Positions 1 to 8,747 of a stretch of DNA of 32,088 nucleotides are shown here, piece by piece (the first letter of the stretch is position 1; each line of letters opens with the position of its first letter). The notes beneath the pieces were generated by a model. The model had not been told where the DNA came from, ran no database searches, and was given only the letters and a program-made list of their open reading frames with translations. The stretch is from the IMG/VR virus record IMGVR_UViG_3300021168_000018. One strand, given 5' to 3'. The position numbers were made by a program, and so were the translations under genes. The stretch is from a virus.

Positions 1-238
1 ACCTCGTACTAGGACATGCGTGGAGAAATGCCAAAGCAGAGCACCCTCCACGCACACCAATTTCAAGCATCATACTCGGTTTTAGAACGCTGGCGACAGC
101 GTATTTGAAACAAGCGTATTTGATTCTGTAATCTTCCGTGGCATCTCTGAGTCTTATGTGCTCATGTCTTTCTTTGTATGTCAAAAATGGACGATGGTCA
201 TAGCTCAGAGTCGGATACAGAGTCCGTATTTCCTTCAC
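1..238 (-). CDS. Class I SAM-dependent methyltransferase (Methyltransf_24-like), partial; runs off the window
   Basis: Not in the ORF track. Manual translation from GTG at 238 (overlaps the upstream TAG) gives MKEIRTLYPT...VLKPSMMLEIGVRGGCSALAFLHACPSTR. LEIGVRGGxS is a SAM-binding motif I. Confidence 0.75.
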   Translation of the reverse strand, partial: MKEIRTLYPTLSYDHRPFLTYKERHEHIRLRDATEDYRIKYACFKYAVASVLKPSMMLEIGVRGGCSALAFLHACPSTR

Positions 239-960
239 TAGCTCTTCTGGGCTACGCACGTTATGATATCCTCGTTTGGATTTCCCGGCCTGATGTAGCT
301 TTCCTCGTACCCTGTGTAGAGGTGCTTGAACTCGGCCCTCCCAAGCAATATTCCTAATGACTGCTCTGTGTAGAGGAATAGATGCTCCTTAGGTTTATAG
401 TGCTTCCAAACTCTGTTAGGTGTCATTCCATGCAGACAAGCGTTGGCGTTCGGTGTCGTGATAGCAATTATCCCGCCCGGGAGCAGGATATCCGAGACGT
501 GTTTCAGTATCTGGTCTGGCTCTTGGATATGCTCTAGCACGTCGAACATGGTAACACAGTCATATTTCTTGTGACCGTTAAGATTCTCCATGATTGTAGA
601 ACACGTCCGCTTCTGTGCTTCTCTGGCTGCCACTGGATTCGGTTCGAAACCGTCGCAAGTGTAATGGTTTTCTGCGTACCGGATGAACTCTCCGACGCAG
701 CAACCGATGTCCAGCAATGTAGCGTCGTCTTTGAGCCAGCGTGCCACAAGTCCCAAGCGAAACAGGTTCAGGCTTTTGTTGACCGGACTCCTAGCATACG
801 CTAGATAGTTCATGGCGTATTGTGTGGAGTACTGCATGGAGTCATAGCTATATTTCGTGCGTATGACTCCACACTCTAGGCATCGCAGGTACTCATCGTC
901 CTCAGGAGACACGGTCGATTTGCTCGCACAGATAGGACAGGGTTTTCCACTCGATTTCAT
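238..960 (-). CDS. Class I SAM-dependent methyltransferase (Methyltransf_23-like) with N-terminal Zn ribbon
   Basis: CPIC...CLEC; LLDIGCCVGEF motif I; YDCVTMFDVLEHI; LLPGGIIAITTPN; EHLFLY. Confidence 0.9.
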   Translation of the reverse strand: MKSSGKPCPICASKSTVSPEDDEYLRCLECGVIRTKYSYDSMQYSTQYAMNYLAYARSPVNKSLNLFRLGLVARWLKDDATLLDIGCCVGEFIRYAENHYTCDGFEPNPVAAREAQKRTCSTIMENLNGHKKYDCVTMFDVLEHIQEPDQILKHVSDILLPGGIIAITTPNANACLHGMTPNRVWKHYKPKEHLFLYTEQSLGILLGRAEFKHLYTGYEESYIRPGNPNEDIITCVAQKS

Positions 961-969
961 AGTGTCTCC

Positions 970-1680
970 TTACTCGTTGTATCGCACTGGGAAACGGCGC
1001 TTGCCGCTCTTGCTTATGAACGGATTGCGGAACGGTTTGCCAGACTGGACAGAACGGCGCAATTTCTTGTGCAGGACCGTCTTGAGTTTGACTTCCTTTT
1101 CTTCCTTGGAAGACATTTTCGTGGCTTCCTTGAGTTCTGCTTGCTGTTGCTCAACGTTGCCTACGATTCCACCACCGACCCGGATATCTATTGCTGACAT
1201 GAGCGCCTTGCGTGCCAGCCCCTTGTGGTCGATTACGATGGCTTCTTGGACCGCTGCTGGACGTGGATGGCGCTTCTCGTAGTCGTAGTATTCTTCGAGC
1301 GCCGCCTCGTACAAGACTTTCAATCGCTTGGCATCCTTGGTGAATCCGGTAGGGATGCAGAGATAGCCGAAACCGTGCCTGAACAGTAGCTTCCTCTTCT
1401 TCTTGGAAATAGCGTCTTCCGGGTCCGCTATATCCAGCACAATTCGCTTGTCGAAATAGAATCGCGCACAGATGCCATCTTTGCCTAGTTCTCTCTGTAG
1501 GAAATCAGGGTGGAAATTGGCCGTGTATCCACCGCCGACTACCATAGAAACGGCGTCTCCCGGCACTCCAAATTCAAATTTCTCAGTAGCACCTACTCTG
1601 TGCTCACCGCCATAAATGGCTTTGTTTTTCGCATCGACCCCGACAACATCTTCAGCGTAACGTTGCCTCTCAACTTCCAT
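970..1680 (-). CDS. Hypothetical protein downstream of the MCP (236 aa)
   Basis: ATG at 1680 preceded by GAGGAGG; the track's GTG start at 1710 abuts the terminator. Confidence 0.75.
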   Translation of the reverse strand: MEVERQRYAEDVVGVDAKNKAIYGGEHRVGATEKFEFGVPGDAVSMVVGGGYTANFHPDFLQRELGKDGICARFYFDKRIVLDIADPEDAISKKKRKLLFRHGFGYLCIPTGFTKDAKRLKVLYEAALEEYYDYEKRHPRPAAVQEAIVIDHKGLARKALMSAIDIRVGGGIVGNVEQQQAELKEATKMSSKEEKEVKLKTVLHKKLRRSVQSGKPFRNPFISKSGKRRFPVRYNE

Positions 1681-1710
1681 GGTTTCTTCCTCCTCTTGTT
1701 TAGCACTCAC

Positions 1711-1745
1711 AAAGACAAAGAGGGAGCCCGGTTAGGACCCCCTCT
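1711..1745 (-). terminator. Rho-independent terminator after the MCP gene
   Basis: Minus strand AGAGGGGGUCC-UAACC-GGGCUCCCUCU followed by UUGUCUUU, about 25 nt after the MCP stop. Confidence 0.75.
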
Positions 1746-1769
1746 CGGGAACGCGACTTGTTTCCGAAA

Positions 1770-2441
1770 CTAAACCGTGCCATCATCTCCGAGAAACAGG
1801 AAACGGCTATCAATCATGCCGACCTCAAAGCGGGAACGCGACTTGAAACGGTAAACTTCCATCTGGAACGACTGCCCAGATGCCGGATTCTCTTGGATGA
1901 TTTCCAAGGGGTCGCGGCGCTGAAAGACCAAGCACTTCTTCGGGTCGCCAAGAATCCAAACTTTGGAAGTCAGGAACCTGGATACCAGAAGCTTGTACAA
2001 GCCTTGCAGCGGGTTCACCGTGTTGACGTAACCCGTAGCGTCAGAGGACGCGGACGGAACAGACGGCTGCAACGTAGAATTCAGCAGCTTGGCTCCCACG
2101 AACTTGTCGATTGGCGAAACCAATAGAGTGTTCGGAGAGACCAAGAACTTGTTTCCAAGTGGGTCCGTAATGTTCATCAGCGAAATATCTGCCGATTCTA
2201 GGTTAGCTTGAGACAGACGCGTGAAAGTGGCAGGGCGATTGCCCTTCGGTAGAGTGTTGTATGTGCCGTTGCCCACTCCGCCAACGCCTACTGTATCGTT
2301 GTTGAAAGTCACATCTGGGTCGACAGTGACCCCCTGGACCGTGAATCCAGTGCCGATAATCTTCCCGATCACGTAAATTTCTTCCATGATCTTGAAGTTT
2401 TCGCCCATCTGGGATGCACGGTTCTTAATTTGTCCCGTCTG
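1770..2441 (-). CDS. Major capsid protein, exon 2 (223 aa; Mu gpT-like, HK97 fold)
   Basis: QTGQIKNRASQMGE...PNTLLVSP...VNPLQG...WILGDPKK...FQRRDPLE...YRFKSRSRFEVGMIDSRF resembles the gpT-like capsid C-terminal half. The first 39 codons of the track ORF are intron sequence. Confidence 0.9.
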   Translation of the reverse strand, partial: QTGQIKNRASQMGENFKIMEEIYVIGKIIGTGFTVQGVTVDPDVTFNNDTVGVGGVGNGTYNTLPKGNRPATFTRLSQANLESADISLMNITDPLGNKFLVSPNTLLVSPIDKFVGAKLLNSTLQPSVPSASSDATGYVNTVNPLQGLYKLLVSRFLTSKVWILGDPKKCLVFQRRDPLEIIQENPASGQSFQMEVYRFKSRSRFEVGMIDSRFLFLGDDGTV

Positions 2442-3303
2442 CATTCTGTTACTTGCTAACCCTGCGACAACTAGCAAAACTATCGCAAGGCGGACCACCT
2501 GTTTCCAGTGGTCTCTACTTGTCACCAAGCAGTTCGGACTATATCTTTTCGGAGTCATGCTGCCCTCCGAGTCTGGCGTGTAGTCTCTACGGATTTCATG
2601 AGTTTCTGAAAATGAGCCTTCCAGTAAGACCTATTTACATTTGTTCTAGTGTGACAAGGCACGCAAAGAGAAATCAAGTTGTACATCCAACAGTTCTTCT
2701 TATCGTAGTTTATGTGATGAACCGACAGACGCTTTGGGTTTTTCTTATCACACTCTCTACAAGTGTGATTGTCACGAACTAGAACTCTTCTCCTAAGCCT
2801 GCGAGTCCACCGTTCGTGATATGGATGCTCTGTAGAACCACCGTTCCATAGCGGATGATTCTTACCGGCCATGACACCGATGTGAGCCAAACTAAGAGCA
2901 TCCTTCTGAGCCTCTGTACGTTTCATACCTAGATTGTGAGAACCGTTTTCTCGATTATATCTCTTCAGTGACCTTGAAATTCTAGAGCCAACTTCAGGTC
3001 TCGAAGCTGGATTTCTCTTTCCAAGTTTAGATTGGCTAATTCTCTTTCGGCCTTCTTTCGTCTGACGACACATTTCTGTGCCATTCTTTTTGAAGAAAGC
3101 TATAACGGACTTACTGATTCGGCGACGGACGGAGGCTCTCTTAGCCGGGTTCTTGCTTCCCAGCTTAGAGGCCCTTATCTTGGCCTTTGTTGCTTCCGTA
3201 TGATGCCAACCTTTTCCTCTCATGATCTTTCCTCGGTATTGTCTCGTCAGTTGACGAGAGGTTCACCGATATAGCCAGATTTATCGACGACCAGTGTTAA
3301 CAA
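2442..3303 (-). mobile_element. Group I self-splicing intron (862 nt) in the MCP gene
   Basis: The 5' exon ends in U (GAU) and the intron ends in G (AGAAUG). IGS CUGGUCGUCG pairs with CGACGAU|CAG (P1 with U.G, plus P10). P3 CUGGC/GCCAG; P4 UCGGU/ACCGA; P5 CUCGUCA/UGACGAG; R GUAGAGACUACACG; S AAGAUAUAGUCC (P7 GACUA/UAGUC); P8 UCGGAG/CUCCGA; P9 hairpins with GUGA and GAAA loops. Removal restores the frame. Confidence 0.93.
2555..3223 (-). CDS. Intron-encoded homing endonuclease (NUMOD3 repeats + HNH)
   Basis: HHTEATKAKIRASKLG, QTKEGRKRISQSKLG and RTEAQKDALS repeats; GKNHPLWNGG; RDNHTCREC...VHHINYDKKN...NLISLCVPCH. The ORF starts after P4 and its last codons overlap P7/P8. Confidence 0.92.
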   Translation of the reverse strand: MRGKGWHHTEATKAKIRASKLGSKNPAKRASVRRRISKSVIAFFKKNGTEMCRQTKEGRKRISQSKLGKRNPASRPEVGSRISRSLKRYNRENGSHNLGMKRTEAQKDALSLAHIGVMAGKNHPLWNGGSTEHPYHERWTRRLRRRVLVRDNHTCRECDKKNPKRLSVHHINYDKKNCWMYNLISLCVPCHTRTNVNRSYWKAHFQKLMKSVETTRQTRRAA

Positions 3304-3711
3304 ATCGTCGTCAAACAATTCGCGCTCGAACGCCTCAATCATACCGAATTTCTGGTTGGTCAAGTGGCGGTCGAGTCCAACTACTGGATTGTCCTGGAAC
3401 TCTTGACCACGATCAACTCTCTTCGGTAGATTGGGACGGAACAGCGGAGCGTAATACTCTTGGAAGCGGCGGGATGCCACTTCTGTGACTAGATCAGGAT
3501 ATACGACCGGGACCGTGTTGTAACTGTTGATTGCATAAGTTTGGATACCCGCCCTCAACAGTTGGCCGAATGCAGACTCAGCATTAGCTTCCCGCAACCT
3601 AGTAGCCTGATTGTAGACAGACTCACGGAGGCGTTTGAAGCTGAGCTGAGGGCTGAACCAATCGATCTTGGCTGCGACCTCTTCCCATGGACCTACTGGA
3701 CGTGTGCTCAT
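3304..3711 (-). CDS. Major capsid protein, exon 1 (136 aa); spliced product 359 aa
   Basis: SD GGAGG; LREANAESAFGQLL...KFGMIEAFERELFDDD resembles the gpT-like N-terminal half. The spliced junction reads ELFDDD|QTGQIK. Confidence 0.9.
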
Positions 3712-3729
3712 TTTCTTCTCATGCCTCCA

Positions 3730-4251
3730 TTAAATCGTCGTCAACTGCGTGTACTGCGGACGCAGGTTAATCAGGATTTGAGTTACGCCTTGAACGCCGG
3801 TGATTCCGATAGATGCAGAAGCAGAAGTTGAAGCGTATGGACCAGACATAGTGAAGAAGTTTTCAGGGGCGACGTAACCAATGACCGCCGAACCTGAAGC
3901 TGCCGTATGCCTGATTTTCTGGGGATCTGCACCAAACGTGACTGCGTCGCCAACGTTATACGTCGCATTGTCATCAACCGTGAACAAGCACATACCACGA
4001 GTGATGATAGCGATCCTAGGAACCGGGAGTGCTTGGTTCAAGCTAGGGATGTTGTTCGTATCGTTGGAAACACCGATGAACAGAGCGGCTGCGGTAGCGG
4101 AAGCTGCGTCGGCTGCTACGATAGGAGTCGCGACTAGGTTTACTGCGTCCCATTTCATCATATCGCCGGAGTTGAATTGGGTGATAAGATTGACGGGAAC
4201 GCCACTGACGCGCTCCTTTTCTATTTTTACTACGTTAAACGGTTGCGACAC
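3730..4251 (-). CDS. Capsid decoration/cement protein (DUF2190-like)
   Basis: Lies between protease and MCP; motifs GD(M/A)x, FIGVS, ITRGMCLF, YNVGDAV, VIGYV; SD GGAGG before GTG. Confidence 0.65.
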   Translation of the reverse strand: MSQPFNVVKIEKERVSGVPVNLITQFNSGDMMKWDAVNLVATPIVAADAASATAAALFIGVSNDTNNIPSLNQALPVPRIAIITRGMCLFTVDDNATYNVGDAVTFGADPQKIRHTAASGSAVIGYVAPENFFTMSGPYASTSASASIGITGVQGVTQILINLRPQYTQLTTI

Positions 4252-4266
4252 TTGTTCGCCTCCAGA

Positions 4267-6822
4267 CTACTCGTCGTCTTTCTTCATGGGCACGCCAAGT
4301 TCGGCCAGCCCTTCTTGGAGATCAGAGTTCTGCCCGGATGTTCCCCAGGATGCAAATCCGCCTCTGGCTCCACTGCCTTCAACTGATTCTTGTAGACGTG
4401 ACAAAGCGCCTTCCGTAGCAGACTCTAGGAAGTACGCCGATTCCTTGATTTTCCTGATTTGCTGCTTGACCGTCTTGCCGAACAGTTGAGGTAGCAAAAC
4501 GTTCTTGGCGTTCTCAGGAATAATTTCCTTGTTGACCGCTTCACGGAGCAATCTGCGAGCGGTATCTCCAGAATGGATGTAGAACAGTTTCCCGCGGAAC
4601 ATCTGGATTCTGTCCTCTTTCTTGGCAACGGATTCGCGGAGACGCCTGACCAGACCCGCCAGATGTTCGATGCGGCGATTCGCTTCTCTGACGATCGGCT
4701 TGGCGACTCGTGCTTGACGGCGATTACGCGCGAAGCGGGAAGTCTTCAGCTTATAGGACTTGCCCACACCTGACGTGGATTTGTCCTGTTTGCCAAAGTC
4801 TTCATCGCTATCGTCATAACCGCGAGTGGGATCTGCTCCCTTGGGAAGTGCGCTATGCCCAGAGTGCCCGAGTCCCCCGGCATAAGACGCTTTCTTGATT
4901 GGAGCCCCTTGACCGCTGTCATCCGCTTCTCGTGACAGACGGCGACCGCGACTGGTACGTACTGGACGGCGGCGATTGCTTGCTTCAGCTGCTACGTTTG
5001 GACGCTCGGTATCAAAGCCTTCATCTTCGAACGCTTCATCCATGTCGTCCATGTCATCGTCGTCGTCATCCATATCACCATCATCGTCGCCTTCTGTGGA
5101 AGCCACAGTGCGTGAAGAACCTGGAGCGCCTCCACCGGCTGGCTGACCTCCGCCCCCGCCCATTCCACCTGCTTGCGGAGGCATTCCACCACCCATTCCA
5201 TCCTCGTCTTCGTCCTCCATGCCTTCGTCTTCAAAGCCTTCCATGCCCTCATCCTCAAGACCTTCCATGCCTTCGTCTTCGATCCCCTCTTCAAAATCAT
5301 CGTCTGATTCTGAGGAAGCCACTCGCCGGCGATTGCCAGAAGCCTTGACCGTTTGATATTTGCCGTCACCGCCGTAGTCGTTGTGGTCGCCGATATCGCC
5401 ACGGTCCTCTTCGTCTTCTACATCGGCTTCTTCAAGCTCGTTTTCGGTGTCTTCTGGGTCCGGTTCGTCTACAATTTGATTGTCTTCCCCTGTCCCGTCT
5501 GAGGCTTGCAGTCGCCGCTTACCTTTGCGGAAACCGCGCTTGCCAGATCCGGCAGAGGCCTTCACGTGCTTTTTCGCCATTGATTCCTTACCTCCACTAG
5601 GATTGATGTTGCTGTACTGCTCTTCGTTGGACTGACCCGGACCCTTGCCTGAAATAGAAGCAGCGGCATGTAATGTTCGTGACGCCGCGAATGCCGCTTC
5701 TTTTACCTCGTCGGGATTGTCCGAGTTGTAAGCCGAAACGAGAGAGTCAGCAACTTCCTTTAGTTTCTCGGGACTAAGGGACCCTGCTTCTCTCGTTCTC
5801 TTGGATTTGCTGCCCATGATTCTATTTACTTTGTTCCTGCGACTTTCTAGCATCTTGATGAAACCGCCTCGTGCTGCCGGTTCTGTAACGACGTCTGCAC
5901 TGTCTACACGTTGAAATTCTTCTACATAATTGACTTCCTCACCGCCCATTTGACCTTGCCGAGTCTTGCCCACGGCGTTGATGGAAATGCCGAACAGGTT
6001 GACCGCCGTGGGGTCAGTCAAAATTGTGTCAATCATGCTGGTCAGCCACTTCGCGGAAGGGAAGAAGTGGAGCTTGCCATTGAGCCTAGTTTTGCCGGTC
6101 TTGGGATTCTTGTCTACGAAGCAGTCGCTGTACCATCCCACCAAATCCTTCATGCTGCGTTCTGGCAGCGTTTTCTCTGTGATCGCGTCTGGATGGTCGG
6201 CGTAGGCTTTGGCACCGTTGAAAACCTTGACGCCAGATTGGAGCGCTTCGGCGGAATAAAAGTTGCGATCGCGCGAATTTCCAATTCCCTCCTCTATGAT
6301 GGTTACTAGATAGACTCTGCCTTTGCCGTTTTGTTTCTTACCATCTAGAGGCTTACTAATTTCGTCTCTACCCTTTTCCGTAAAAGGGTGGTTGAATGAA
6401 GATTCACGTATCTTAGAAGCCTTGAAACGGCGGGATTCATGAGTCCCGGGCTCAGCGTTATCCCAAGGATGTCCGAATTTCGAGCTAAACTCTTTATCTT
6501 TATCTAACGCTCTTGCTCCGTTTTGTGCCCATGCACCCATCTTATCCCATTCTCTAGACGTCCCATCACTAGAGTACCAATTTCTAATCTGACTAACGTC
6601 TTTGTCGTTAGCATTTTGCCTTAGTCTACTAAGAGCATCTGCTATGTGGTCTTCAGATGGAATCTTTGGTCTACGATTAGTGGTGTTTCCAGAACCTTTT
6701 TTCCCGCCTCTAGGTCCTGAGCCTGGACCGCCAGCGCGTATTTGTCGTCCACGCTTATCGGAAATCAATCGCTGGACACCCGATCGTTGAAGCTGTCCCT
6801 GCGAACTTGCTGAGGTGGTCAT
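4267..6822 (-). CDS. Prohead protease-scaffold fusion (851 aa)
   Basis: Protease domain at about aa 165-325: VTIIEEG...NFYSAEAL...AYADHP...GISINAVG...SADVVTEPAARG (candidate catalytic His and Ser). It is followed by a long acidic/Gly disordered linker and a C-terminal helical scaffold-like region. The gene lies directly upstream of decoration and MCP. Confidence 0.85.
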   Translation of the reverse strand: MTTSASSQGQLQRSGVQRLISDKRGRQIRAGGPGSGPRGGKKGSGNTTNRRPKIPSEDHIADALSRLRQNANDKDVSQIRNWYSSDGTSREWDKMGAWAQNGARALDKDKEFSSKFGHPWDNAEPGTHESRRFKASKIRESSFNHPFTEKGRDEISKPLDGKKQNGKGRVYLVTIIEEGIGNSRDRNFYSAEALQSGVKVFNGAKAYADHPDAITEKTLPERSMKDLVGWYSDCFVDKNPKTGKTRLNGKLHFFPSAKWLTSMIDTILTDPTAVNLFGISINAVGKTRQGQMGGEEVNYVEEFQRVDSADVVTEPAARGGFIKMLESRRNKVNRIMGSKSKRTREAGSLSPEKLKEVADSLVSAYNSDNPDEVKEAAFAASRTLHAAASISGKGPGQSNEEQYSNINPSGGKESMAKKHVKASAGSGKRGFRKGKRRLQASDGTGEDNQIVDEPDPEDTENELEEADVEDEEDRGDIGDHNDYGGDGKYQTVKASGNRRRVASSESDDDFEEGIEDEGMEGLEDEGMEGFEDEGMEDEDEDGMGGGMPPQAGGMGGGGGQPAGGGAPGSSRTVASTEGDDDGDMDDDDDDMDDMDEAFEDEGFDTERPNVAAEASNRRRPVRTSRGRRLSREADDSGQGAPIKKASYAGGLGHSGHSALPKGADPTRGYDDSDEDFGKQDKSTSGVGKSYKLKTSRFARNRRQARVAKPIVREANRRIEHLAGLVRRLRESVAKKEDRIQMFRGKLFYIHSGDTARRLLREAVNKEIIPENAKNVLLPQLFGKTVKQQIRKIKESAYFLESATEGALSRLQESVEGSGARGGFASWGTSGQNSDLQEGLAELGVPMKKDDE
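5216..5287 (-). repeat. Three imperfect 24-nt tandem repeats encoding G(I/L/F)EDEGME
   Basis: GIEDEGME-GLEDEGME-GFEDEGME in the acidic linker. Confidence 0.8.
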
Positions 6823-6825
6823 AGA

Positions 6826-7026
6826 TTACCAGTTTGGATTCTTCCCTTTTAAGAGGTCGTTTTTCGGTTTCGCCCAAGAACCAAGAAAATTGTCGTACTG
6901 TTTGTTTCTTCCCCTGTCATTCTTGTCGACTTCCCCTCGCATCGGTGGTTTGAGCTTGAGATCAGGCGGCGGATCCGATATCGCAGCATTGACTCCAGGG
7001 TTCTTAGCAAAGGGGTCACGCGACTC
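6826..7026 (-). CDS. +1-frame extension (66 aa) of the 7025..7747 gene, reached by a predicted frameshift
   Basis: Open frame ESRDPFAKNPG...KGKNPNW* fills the gap and ends 3 nt before the protease ATG. It has no start codon with an SD, and its composition resembles neighbouring proteins. Confidence 0.7.
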   Translation of the reverse strand, partial: ESRDPFAKNPGVNAAISDPPPDLKLKPPMRGEVDKNDRGRNKQYDNFLGSWAKPKNDLLKGKNPNW

Positions 7027-7039
7027 AAAGACCCCTCCG
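7024..7039 (-). promoter_or_regulatory. prfB-like +1 programmed frameshift site
   Basis: CGG AGG GGT CTT TGA G: internal SD GGAGG, 3-nt spacer, CUU, UGA; same geometry as prfB AGG GGG UAU CUU UGA C. Confidence 0.72.
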
Positions 7040-7747
7040 GCGACTAGTACGCAGCGCTCGGTCGAAATTTCTCATCTTGCTTTCCATGGACATATTTCCA
7101 GCGGTGCGCTTGCGTTCATTAGACTGTGCGTCGTCCTGCGGAATAACTGACATGACGCGTGGCTTGACCGCTTTAGACAGCATTCCCACACCATGTCCAT
7201 AGCCGCGATTCTTCATGATATCTGGACGATCTTTGCTTTCGCCCTTTTTCGCGGCGTCGATAGCTTTCAGCTTCTTGCCCTGTTTATCCATATGGTCTTT
7301 GATGTGTTCCATGATGGCGACGCGGCGAGTCTCTGAAAGTTTGGGGTCAGACAGGAGCATTCTATGCTTGAAGATATGCTTGTTGTGGTCGTCGCCTTCC
7401 ATGGCTTCATTGATTCGGCCTAGCACAGTGAGCGTCTTGTGCTCGCCGTCTATGATATCGTCATTGTCATAGTTGTCGGCAGAGGTCTTGTCGTTGGTGG
7501 GAACGCCACGCGAGAATTGCGCTTGACCGGTCGGTACGGACGCTTCTCGCAATCTACGCTGCCTGATGGTGGGAGTTTCCTGAAATGTGTCGTTGAAATA
7601 TGACTCCGTGTCAGGTGGGAGGCGCTTTCTAGACTCTCTGATTCTGGACTGCTTTGTGACCGGGTTGCGACCGCCGAAACTGTCAATTTCAAACGTTGCG
7701 CCCATTTCCTCTTCTTGAGGAAGTGTGAAATCCGCCGTATTGAGCAT
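7025..7747 (-). CDS. Head-associated hypothetical protein (240 aa; about 306 aa if frameshifted)
   Basis: Charged, disordered; IRES, LREA, INEA, SMES motifs; SD AGGGAG. Confidence 0.75.
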   Translation of the reverse strand: MLNTADFTLPQEEEMGATFEIDSFGGRNPVTKQSRIRESRKRLPPDTESYFNDTFQETPTIRQRRLREASVPTGQAQFSRGVPTNDKTSADNYDNDDIIDGEHKTLTVLGRINEAMEGDDHNKHIFKHRMLLSDPKLSETRRVAIMEHIKDHMDKQGKKLKAIDAAKKGESKDRPDIMKNRGYGHGVGMLSKAVKPRVMSVIPQDDAQSNERKRTAGNMSMESKMRNFDRALRTSRRRGL

Positions 7748-7854
7748 TATTGATTCTCCCTAGAAGCGATTGGCGGGTGAGGAGGAAGATGGCCTGACCC
7801 GCCTTCTCGCTGTGCGCTGACATAGGCCAATGCGTCGTGGATTGTCTTTGCCAT
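7747..7854 (-). CDS. Small ORF (35 aa) MAKTIHDALAYVSAQREGGSGHLPPHPPIASRENQ
   Basis: Fills the gap, TAATG-coupled to the next gene, 15 nt downstream of an AAAGTAATTCTA motif; no clear SD. Confidence 0.5.
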   Translation of the reverse strand: MAKTIHDALAYVSAQREGGSGHLPPHPPIASRENQ

Positions 7855-7869
7855 GTTATGTTCGCTATG

Positions 7870-7881
7870 TAGAATTACTTT
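7870..7881 (-). promoter_or_regulatory. Candidate phage promoter motif AAAGTAATTCTA
   Basis: Intergenic member of a recurring coding-strand motif family. Confidence 0.5.
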
Positions 7882-7883
7882 CC

Positions 7884-8087
7884 TTAGAATCTAAATCCGT
7901 TGCCAGTGAGATGGCCGGTCATGTTCAGGAAGAACAGCAGGCAAATCAGGAAAAGGACCAGTCCAAGTATCATTTTCAGAGTTGGGTCTAATGCCCATCC
8001 CAGTTTTGCCATGCCCCATTGCAGAATCAGAACGATGATGACCACGCAGATTACGAAGACCACGAACTCGACCATGAACCCTATCAT
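7884..8087 (-). CDS. Small two-TM membrane protein (holin-like or Thivi_2564-like)
   Basis: Two hydrophobic helices separated by KLGWALDPTLK; SD AAGGAG. Confidence 0.65.
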   Translation of the reverse strand: MIGFMVEFVVFVICVVIIVLILQWGMAKLGWALDPTLKMILGLVLFLICLLFFLNMTGHLTGNGFRF

Positions 8088-8108
8088 TTCGTCTCCTTTA
8101 GGCTGGTT

Positions 8109-8747
8109 CTAAAATTCCTTGATGACTACGCCAGAGGTTTCTTGCTTTCTTGGTTGCGGCGGCATGTAGACGCCGGGATTCTTCCAGCCATTGATGCGCT
8201 CGACACCCTTGTGTTGATTGTTGATGAAATCTCCCATCATGTTGTATTGCTCGGAGTCGTCGTCGCGATTGGACTCTTGCGTGCGAGATTCGTTATTGTG
8301 TTGCGACCATGCTATCTTGAACGCGCCAGGAACGCCAACTTTCTTCTTGAGTTTTCTTACTTGGTCTTCACGACCTGGAGGCGCTGACTCTCGTCTAGAT
8401 TCCCCACCCTGAGAATACCCTTTGTCGTGCATCTTCTGAGCATACTTTCCACCCTCTACATCGTAAGGCAATTTCACCATCCTATATTTTCCACCTATTT
8501 TCTTACGAGTGTAGTAGTGAGTCGGATGTCCATCTTTATCTTTACCTACATCACGATGTCGTGGTCCACTCCCCGGTCCGCCTTCAGCGCCCTCGCGCTT
8601 CTTCACGTCAGCATATCGCGGATCTACGTAGCCTTCGTTCGTCTTTGGTGCTTGATCTTTTGGGGAAACGAATGGATTGCCCTCACGCTGTGAGGCCCGA
8701 CGCGCTCCGGTCCCGCTCGCTATCGTCCGTCTCCCAGACCGGTCGCC
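8109..8747 (-). CDS. +1-frame continuation (212 aa) of the 8683..9921 gene; head-associated, contains a GGPGSGP module
   Basis: The track's GTG start (8828) has no SD and lies 146 nt inside the upstream gene; no Met occurs until mid-ORF. The frame is +1 at the CTT C site. Confidence 0.7.
   Translation of the reverse strand, partial: GDRSGRRTIASGTGARRASQREGNPFVSPKDQAPKTNEGYVDPRYADVKKREGAEGGPGSGPRHRDVGKDKDGHPTHYYTRKKIGGKYRMVKLPYDVEGGKYAQKMHDKGYSQGGESRRESAPPGREDQVRKLKKKVGVPGAFKIAWSQHNNESRTQESNRDDDSEQYNMMGDFINNQHKGVERINGWKNPGVYMPPQPRKQETSGVVIKEF

Noticed and set aside
2442-2558. Hydrophobic N-terminus (VVRLAIVLLVVAGLA) of the 262-aa track ORF as a signal or TM segment
   Set aside because: It is a translation of the intron's S and P9 elements; the true exon begins at 2441.
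2555-3223. Intein or free-standing HNH splitting the capsid into two genes
   Set aside because: Stop codons and a frame change exclude an intein, and a full group I RNA core flanks the ORF.
6849-7028. TTG-initiated 59-aa ORF (MSRVTPLLRTLES...) using the GGAGG at 7034-7038 as an ordinary SD
   Set aside because: Disfavoured but not excluded: its composition is less protein-like and it leaves a larger gap than the +1 frame, which ends 3 nt before the next ATG.
7884-8087. Definite holin call
   Set aside because: Two TM helices fit, but there is no adjacent endolysin and no charged C-terminal tail; left as a membrane protein.
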